Source: Rhodothermales bacterium (GTDB lineage Bacteria > Bacteroidota > Rhodothermia > Rhodothermales > JABDKH01). From it: a stretch of DNA of 64,000 nucleotides. The DNA is taken from positions 115,233 through 179,232 of the forward strand of contig CAVYIO010000038.1 of NCBI GenBank assembly GCA_963768565.1, given 5' to 3'. Position 1 is the first letter of the stretch. Every line of letters begins with the position of its first letter. The notes under the pieces are model-generated. The model ran no database searches, was not told where the DNA came from, and saw nothing but the letters and a program-made list of their open reading frames with translations. Of the stretch, positions 57,399-64,000 are shown in pieces. The translations under genes were made by a program, and so were the position numbers.

Positions 57399-58632
57399 CG
57401 CGCCGTATGGACAAATTCAGCACGATCGCCAGCATCATCGTGTTTGCAAGCAGGGCCGACCCCCCGTACGACATGAACGGCAGCGGAATTCCAATAACCG
57501 GAAGAATGCCCGTCGCCATCCCCATGTTGATGAAGACGTGTACGAGATAAATGCCTACCGCTCCCGCCGCTACCATCACGCCAAACGGGTGCTTAATCTG
57601 GACTCCCAGAACAATCAGTCGCACGAGAAGAAACGCAAAGAGCAGCAACACGATGATTCCACCGAGCAAACCAAACTCCTCGCCGATAACGCTGAACACA
57701 AAGTCAGTCGACTGTTCCGGCACGTAAGCGCCCTGCGTCTGAGTTCCCTGCATGAAGCCCTTCCCCGTGAGTCCGCCAGAGCCGATGGCTGCCTTCGACT
57801 GTACCAGGTGGAAACCCACATTGTCTCGATACTCTGCGGCCTCCGGGTTCGTGAACGAAAGCAGCCGCTTGACCTGATACGGCTGCAACAGACTGGTCAT
57901 GGCGAACGTCAGCGCAATCACCATTCCGCCACTGAACACGAAAGCGAGAAACGCGAGATACCGTTCTCGTGTGAACCACAGGATGCCGACGGTGAATAGC
58001 AGAGAGAAGACAATGGCGGCCGGCATGTACACAATGGCCAGGTAACCGGCAACAGCAGGTGCGAGCATCAAGAGCAACGTACTTGCCGGGAGGCCGGACC
58101 AGAAGAGCATTATCGGAATCAGCCCGACAAAAATCAGCGCCGTCCCCATATCGTTCTGGACGATAATGATCGCAGCGGGCACGAGGATCAGGATGACGGA
58201 CAGCAGCGCGTAGCGAATGCTGTTCGCGTTTCGACGACGACTCGACAGGAGCTGCGCAACCGCAAGGACAGTCCCGACCTTCGCAAATTCGGAAACCTGT
58301 AACTGGATCGGTCCGAGACGGAGCCACGCCCTGGATCCGTTGATTTCGGTGCCACCGAAAAGAGCTGCCAACAGCAACAACACAAGAACCCCGTACGCGG
58401 GATACGCGCCGTACTGGTAGAACCGCACCGGAAACAGCAGAATGCATGCGCCGGCGACGATGCTCACGCCGAGCCACATCAGCTGTCGATTGAAGTTGTC
58501 CTGAACGGTCTCGAGTAGGAATTCGGACGCCGGACCGTGGGTCGTGCTGTAGATCGCCGTCAGTCCCACCAGAACGAGTCCAAACCAGGCAAGGACCACC
58601 CCAAAATCGATATTTCGATACCAGACCCTCAC
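57373..58632 (-). CDS. rodA: SEDS-family peptidoglycan glycosyltransferase RodA
   Basis: 10-TM FtsW/RodA pattern. It is in an operon with PBP2. Confidence 0.85.
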   Translation of the reverse strand: MRVWYRNIDFGVVLAWFGLVLVGLTAIYSTTHGPASEFLLETVQDNFNRQLMWLGVSIVAGACILLFPVRFYQYGAYPAYGVLVLLLLAALFGGTEINGSRAWLRLGPIQLQVSEFAKVGTVLAVAQLLSSRRRNANSIRYALLSVILILVPAAIIIVQNDMGTALIFVGLIPIMLFWSGLPASTLLLMLAPAVAGYLAIVYMPAAIVFSLLFTVGILWFTRERYLAFLAFVFSGGMVIALTFAMTSLLQPYQVKRLLSFTNPEAAEYRDNVGFHLVQSKAAIGSGGLTGKGFMQGTQTQGAYVPEQSTDFVFSVIGEEFGLLGGIIVLLLFAFLLVRLIVLGVQIKHPFGVMVAAGAVGIYLVHVFINMGMATGILPVIGIPLPFMSYGGSALLANTMMLAIVLNLSIRRDEFSIYGY

Positions 58633-60455
58633 GGCGCGGTCTCCTTCGCCATGGGCTCGCTTTCGAGTGTGAGTATATGGTTCAGGAGATATCTTCGTCG
58701 CGGACTGATGTCACCGGTCAGGTACATCTCGGCAAGCAAACTGGCCATCGGACCCGCCTGCGTAGCACCGAATCCGCCGTTCTCCACCAGCACTGCCACG
58801 GCAATCTTCGGATCGTCAAAAGGTGCGAACATGATGAAGAGCGAATGGTCCGCACGATCACCCGGGGCCTGTGCGGTTCCCGTCTTTCCTCCCGACTCGA
58901 TATCCGGAATCTGAAACCACCGACCGGTGCCCTTTTCCATTACGCGGTGCATTCCCGTCTTGACGGTTTCGAAGTGCTCCTGCGATATCGGAATGGATCG
59001 CGGCTCATCGACGTCCGGCAGCAACGACTCGCCGGTCTCGGAATGCCTGAGCATCTGGACGAAGTGCGGCGATACCAGGGTGCCCTCGTTGGCGATGGCA
59101 GCGGCGTAACGAGCAAGCTGCATCGGGGTAACCAGCATGTCGCCCTGTCCGATCCCAAGGTTGATCGTGAAGCCGGCTGTCCAGCCCGCCGGGTATGTTC
59201 GATCGTAGTAGGATGAGTCGGGGATCAGCCCCGGATTCTGTTCGGAAATGTCCATGTTGATGCGTTCGCCAAAGCCAAACACATGTGCCCATCGGGCGAA
59301 TGAGTTCACATCGAGCTTCATCATCAGGTTGAAGAAGTAGCTGTTGCACGATTGCTCGATGGCCTCCTCCAGCTGAATGCGGCCGTGCACGTGGCCCGCA
59401 TGATCCTTGAATGTGCGACGCCCCAGTCGGTAGCCCCCTCGACATGTATACGGAGTCGTTGGCGTTATCAACCCCTCAGCCAGGCCGACAAGAGCCATGA
59501 ATGGCTTCCACGTCGATCCGGGTGGCATTCCGCTCATGGTCGCCCGATTGAACAGCGGATCGCCTTCAGCCGACGTCACCGTCTCCCATTTCTCGGCCGA
59601 CATTTCGGTGGAGAAGATATCCGGATCAATGTCAGGCTTCGATACAAAGAGCAACACCTGTCCGCTGTTCGGATCGAGAGCAACTGCAGCTCCGCGCTTG
59701 TTCACGAACAGAGATTCAGCCAACGCCTGGGCACGATGGTCGATGGTAAGATGAAGATCAAATCCACTGACCGGACTGCGATCCTGCAGCCCCGCGTGGT
59801 ACGACTCGACCTCCATCCCCATCACGTTGACAAGTTTGAACTCGTCACCCAGACTTCCGCGCAGCCGGTCCTCGTACACACGTTCGATGCCACTTCGTCC
59901 AATCACGTCACCCTGGCGGTAGCCGCGTTCCCGCATGACGTCAAGTTCACGCCGATTGATCTCGCGCACGAATCCGAGTGCGTGCCAGGCGCGGGCGGCC
60001 GTCAAATACCGCCGCTTTTGCGATACCTCAAACGAAACACCCGGGAGTCTGAACAGGTTTTCCTGAACGCGGCTGAAGATTCTGAACGGAACATCCTGGA
60101 ATGAAGCTGACGGCCTGAAAGCGTTCCAGGCGCGTGCTTCCGAAAAGCGAGCCGTCACCACACTGTCCGGCACCTCCAGCAAGTCGGCAAGCAGGCCGCC
60201 GCGGTCCACATCGAAGTAGCGAGGAGTCAGCAGAACCGAGTACGAGGGCTGATTGTCCACCATCAGCGTGCCGTTCCGGTCGTAGATCACTCCCCGGGCC
60301 GGAAGTACGCGCTTAACGCGAATCGCGTTAGAAGATTCGTCATAGTAAGTCTGTACGTCGATGAGTTGCAGGTATACCAGCCTCAGTGCCAGGACCAACA
60401 ACGCGGCGACGATTACACCGGCAAAAACACGTAATCGAATCTTGTACTCAAACAT
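58629..60455 (-). CDS. mrdA: Penicillin-binding protein 2 (transpeptidase)
   Basis: PBP dimerisation and transpeptidase domains (SxxK STWKP, SxN, KTG(T)). Confidence 0.9.
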   Translation of the reverse strand: MFEYKIRLRVFAGVIVAALLVLALRLVYLQLIDVQTYYDESSNAIRVKRVLPARGVIYDRNGTLMVDNQPSYSVLLTPRYFDVDRGGLLADLLEVPDSVVTARFSEARAWNAFRPSASFQDVPFRIFSRVQENLFRLPGVSFEVSQKRRYLTAARAWHALGFVREINRRELDVMRERGYRQGDVIGRSGIERVYEDRLRGSLGDEFKLVNVMGMEVESYHAGLQDRSPVSGFDLHLTIDHRAQALAESLFVNKRGAAVALDPNSGQVLLFVSKPDIDPDIFSTEMSAEKWETVTSAEGDPLFNRATMSGMPPGSTWKPFMALVGLAEGLITPTTPYTCRGGYRLGRRTFKDHAGHVHGRIQLEEAIEQSCNSYFFNLMMKLDVNSFARWAHVFGFGERINMDISEQNPGLIPDSSYYDRTYPAGWTAGFTINLGIGQGDMLVTPMQLARYAAAIANEGTLVSPHFVQMLRHSETGESLLPDVDEPRSIPISQEHFETVKTGMHRVMEKGTGRWFQIPDIESGGKTGTAQAPGDRADHSLFIMFAPFDDPKIAVAVLVENGGFGATQAGPMASLLAEMYLTGDISPRRRYLLNHILTLESEPMAKETAP

Positions 60456-60856
60456 GGACGCTCCACGGGTGGACGGGGCGACAACGAAGTCAGGGTATCG
60501 ACTTGCCCTACTTATTGTACAGTGCTCTCAGAAATCGTCTGAAAGCGTGGATGACCTGTTCCGACCGCATCCAGGCCCGGACCATTCGGTCTCGGTTTAG
60601 CTCCGGTCAAGAGCGCGGACATCCGACTTGGTCAAATTCTCTTCGGAATGGGTTTGTTTCTTGTATGTTGATTGCAACAGTATGCACGGTTTCGAATCTA
60701 ATAGGCATCGCTCCATCGCAACGTGCATCACTATCAGGCGAATAAGGAGCATTCTCGCCAGGCGCGGCATGCGGGACCATAGTGAGCGGTTGCTCGCAGC
60801 GGCAGGTTGTGGGTGACCTTAGGCAAAATCAAGGTACTAACGTAGACAACGGTTTT

Positions 60857-63800
60857 ATGCGTAGATCACTGATCGCGTTTGCCGCGCTGATGGTCTTCAG
60901 TGGCATTGCTGCCATTCCGGGCCACGCTCAGTATTTCGGGCGTAATAAGGTTCAGTACGACTCGTTCGACTTCAAATCCATTGAGACCGAGCACTTCGAG
61001 GTGTACTTCTACGATGAGGAGCGCCTGGCGTCCCAGGACGCGTCCAGAATGGCCGAGCGGTGGTATCGCCGTCATTCTCGCACATATCTGAGGGAGTTCA
61101 AGAAGCGGAAGCCCCTGATTCTGTATGCGAATGATGCCGACTTCCAGCAGACAAATGTCATCGGCGGCATGATCGGGCAAGGCACGGGCGGGGTTACGGA
61201 GAGCCTCAAAGAGCGGGTCGTCATGCCGATGACAGGGCTCTATGCCGAAACCGATCACGTTCTCGGACACGAACTGGTCCACTCGTTCCAGTACGATATA
61301 GCGCTTTCGAGGGACGACACCACCCGGTTCGGACTGTCGCTGCTGCCCCTCTGGCTCATCGAAGGAACAGCGGAATACCTGTCTGTAGGACGTGACGACC
61401 CGCACACCGCGATGTGGCTTCGCGACGCTGCGCTGAGAGATGATCTTCCGACCATGGAACAGCTGAGCAAGGACTATCGGTACTTCCCGTACCGGTACGG
61501 GCAAGCCTACATGGCGTATGTCGGAGGGAAATATGGGGATGCTGCCGTCGCCAACATCTATAAGATGGGCGGACGTGTAGGCCTCGACTCCGCACTCGTC
61601 TATACCCTGGGAATCACCGCCGACTCGTTGTCCAAGGAGTGGATAACATCCATCAAGGATTCGTATCTCCCGCTGACGGAGGGTCGTGCCCCGGCCGACT
61701 CGGCTGGACGAGCCGTTCTCAATGAAGGAAACAACAGGTGGCGATCTGAGCATCGCACCCTCGGTTAGTCCCGACGGAAAGTGGGTAGCCTTTCTTTCCG
61801 AACGAGACCTGTTCCGAATAAATCTCTTCATTGCAGATGCAGAGACCGGACGCGTCGTGAAGAAGCTCAAAGGTGCGAACAGCAATCCGCATTTTGATGC
61901 CATCCGGTTTATCAGTTCGGCTGGATCGTGGTCACCGGACGGTCGCAAGTTCGCGTTCGTTACGTTCGTTCAGGGAGACAACGAGCTCAGCATACTCGAC
62001 TGGAATTCGGGAGAAATCGAGCGGCGGATTTCCGTGGCAGGCGTAACGGCCTTCTCCAATCCAGCCTGGTCGCCGGACGGCAACTACATAGCATTCTCCG
62101 GCATGGACGGAGGCATTAGCGACCTCTATTTGCTGGACATGAAGACGAGCAATGTCCGCCAGCTCACAAACGATCGCTTTGGTGATCTTATGCCGGCCTG
62201 GTCACCGGACGGACGGACGCTGGCTTTCGTCACCGACCGCGGACCCGACGGTACCGATTTCCAGACGCTCGAGTACGGCGCCGTGCGTCTTGCGACGATA
62301 GACATCGAATCGCAGGCAATAGAAATCATCCGACCGTTCCCGGGTGCAAAGCACATGAACCCGCAATTTTCGCCGGACGGTCGTAGCCTGTACTTCATAT
62401 CCGATCACGACGGGTTCAAGGACATCTACCGGTACTCGCTGGACGACCGGTTGACGTATCAGGTAACGCGGCTGCAAACGGGTGCGAGTGGAATCACAGC
62501 GATGTCGCCGGCAATGTCCGTCGCACAGCAGAGTGGTCGGATGATGTTCTCGGTGTTCAGCGACAACACCTATGCGGTCTTCTCACTCGATCCCGACGAA
62601 ACAATCGGGACTGTCGTCGAAGCTGCGGAGAACCCCGATCGTACGGCCGCCTTGCTTCCGCCTGCGCAGGCAGAAAATGTCGGCCTGGTCGGTAATTACC
62701 TGTCCGATCCGTTGACCGGCCTGCCCAATCCATCCGAGTTCCCTGCCAAAGAGTATGGCGCCCGTTTACGGCTCGATTACGTGGCTCCGCCCACGGTGGG
62801 CGTCTCGACGGGCGGGTACTACGGTACTCAGGTGGCGGGCGGCGTTGGCCTGTACTTCAGCGACATGCTGGGAGACCACAATCTTGGCGTCGTCGTCCAG
62901 GCAAATGGAACATTCAAGGACATCGGAGGCCAGGTCGGCTATCTCAATCGCAAGCGACGCATCAACTACGGCGCGTCGGTTGGCCACATACCGCTGCTGT
63001 ACGGATTCCAGCAGCTCGACCCCGCGACTCTGACGATTGATCAAATCCGACAGCGGATCTTTATAGACAATGTCGACATCGGAGGATCTTATCCGTTCTC
63101 GACGACGCGACGAGCCGACCTGAGTGTGGGGTTCGTTCGGTATGGTTTCGACTACGAGATTGATCGGTTTGTCCTGAACGGCGTTTACACGCGCGAACGG
63201 ATCAGCGTGCCAAAGTGCAGTGATTCGACATCGGGTACATTCTGTTCTCCTGATCCCGTGTACTTCGTTCAGAGTACGCTGGCGTATGTCGGCGATTTCT
63301 CGAACTTTGCCTTCACGTCGCCGGTCCAGGGCGGCCGATACCGGGTCCAGGTATCTCCATTTGTCGGATCGGAGACGTTTGTTCGGCTTGTCGCCGACTA
63401 CCGTCGTTACTTCTTGGCGAAACCCGTCACGTTCGCATTCCGCGGGATGCATCTCGGCAACTACGGCAATGTTGACGCGGGGTCGCTCTTCACTGAAGAG
63501 TATCTCGGTTACGCGAACACACTGACGCACATCAGGGGATATAGCTTCAGCTCGTTCGAGCCCAACGAGTGTACACCGGACGAGTCGGGAACGCGCTGTG
63601 TGGAGGTCGAACGACTGAGAGGCACCCGGCTCGCTCTGGCGAGCGCTGAGATTCGTCTGCCTTTGCTTGGCTCGGAAGCATTTGGACTCTTGAACTTCCC
63701 GTATCTGCCGACGGAGATCTCTCTGTTCGCCGATGCCGGTCTGGCGTGGAGTAAGGGTGAGACGCCCAAGCTGAAATTCGTCGATGAGATCGTGGCCGGC

Positions 63801-63953
63801 CAACCGATCGAGCGGGTACCGGTGATCAGCGCCGGAGTCTCGAGTCGCTTCAACCTGTTCGGATACATGGTCCTGGAAATCTTTTACGCATACCCCTTCC
63901 AGCGTCCCATTAAGGGAGGTTATGTGGGATTCCAGCTGATTCCAGGTTGGTAG
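60857..63953 (+). pseudogene. Paralog of the 33546..36479 peptidase-propeller-Omp85 protein, split by a +1 frameshift within 61677..61768 (authentic pseudogene or assembly error)
   Basis: ORF 60857..61768 (frame 2) carries the signal peptide (MRRSLIAFAALMVFSGIAAIPGHA) and HELVH. ORF 61677/61686..63953 (frame 0) carries TolB-like repeats (SVSPDGKWVAF, PAWSPDGNYIAF, PAWSPDGRTLAF, PQFSPDGRSLYF) and an Omp85-like barrel (RGYSF, EIRLPLLG, ends ...PGW). The paralog is a single uninterrupted ORF. Confidence 0.6.
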
Positions 63954-64000
63954 ACGCGAGGGCGGCGTCTGGATGCCTTTCCGGTTCCGGGTGCTGTCAG

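Noticed and set aside
60670-60700. T-loop-like GGTTTCGAATC sequence suggesting a tRNA
   Set aside because: It has an extra T relative to the GTTCGAATC consensus. No acceptor, D or anticodon stems could be formed around it.
62766-63803. 345-aa ORF antisense to the propeller-barrel gene
   Set aside because: The opposite strand encodes repeated PD40 motifs and an OMP barrel. The antisense product is arginine-rich junk.

Overview
This is a GC-rich (~60%) chromosomal segment. The gene content looks like a Bacteroidota/Rhodothermota-type organism. The evidence is a short primary sigma factor, a T9SS C-terminal sorting domain protein, DUF2795, a bactofilin+M23 pair and BamA. About 55 genes are recognisable.

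Recognisable housekeeping genes:
- Nucleoside metabolism: thymidine phosphorylase (5' partial), deoB.
- Molybdenum cofactor: moaA, moaC.
- DNA repair and nucleotide hygiene: uvrA, dtd, rdgB.
- Translation: rpsU, argS, rlmD.
- Central metabolism: a Kgd-type sucA with a fused E2 domain, pheA.
- Folate, c-di-AMP and protein repair: folP-cdaA-pcm.
- Cell envelope and division: mrdA-rodA, ftsX, bamA, two MscS channels.
- Transcription: rpoD.

Accessory content worth noting:
1. A 3.5-kb locus (38933..42404) is translationally coupled to an MscS gene. It reads as a ~1150-aa coiled-coil + STAND/AAA_16-like NTPase + winged-helix protein, but it is split into five ORFs, each in the next +1 frame.
2. Two large paralogous proteins each combine an HExxH MA-type peptidase domain, a TolB-like beta-propeller and an Omp85-like beta-barrel. 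One copy is also +1 frameshifted.
3. A tandem pair of BMC vertex (EutN/CcmL/PduN) genes sits with no BMC shell genes in view.
4. One protein fuses an ATP-grasp domain to a SET domain.
5. A Rad52/DdrA-family single-strand annealing protein lies next to an NfeD-flotillin operon.
6. There are two distinct flotillin systems (FloA-type and NfeD+FloT-type) and a PspA/IM30 module.

Other points:
- Three convincing rho-independent terminators were found.
- One Bacteroidetes-type promoter candidate was found, upstream of rpsU.
- No CRISPR arrays, rRNA, confident tRNA genes or IS elements were found.
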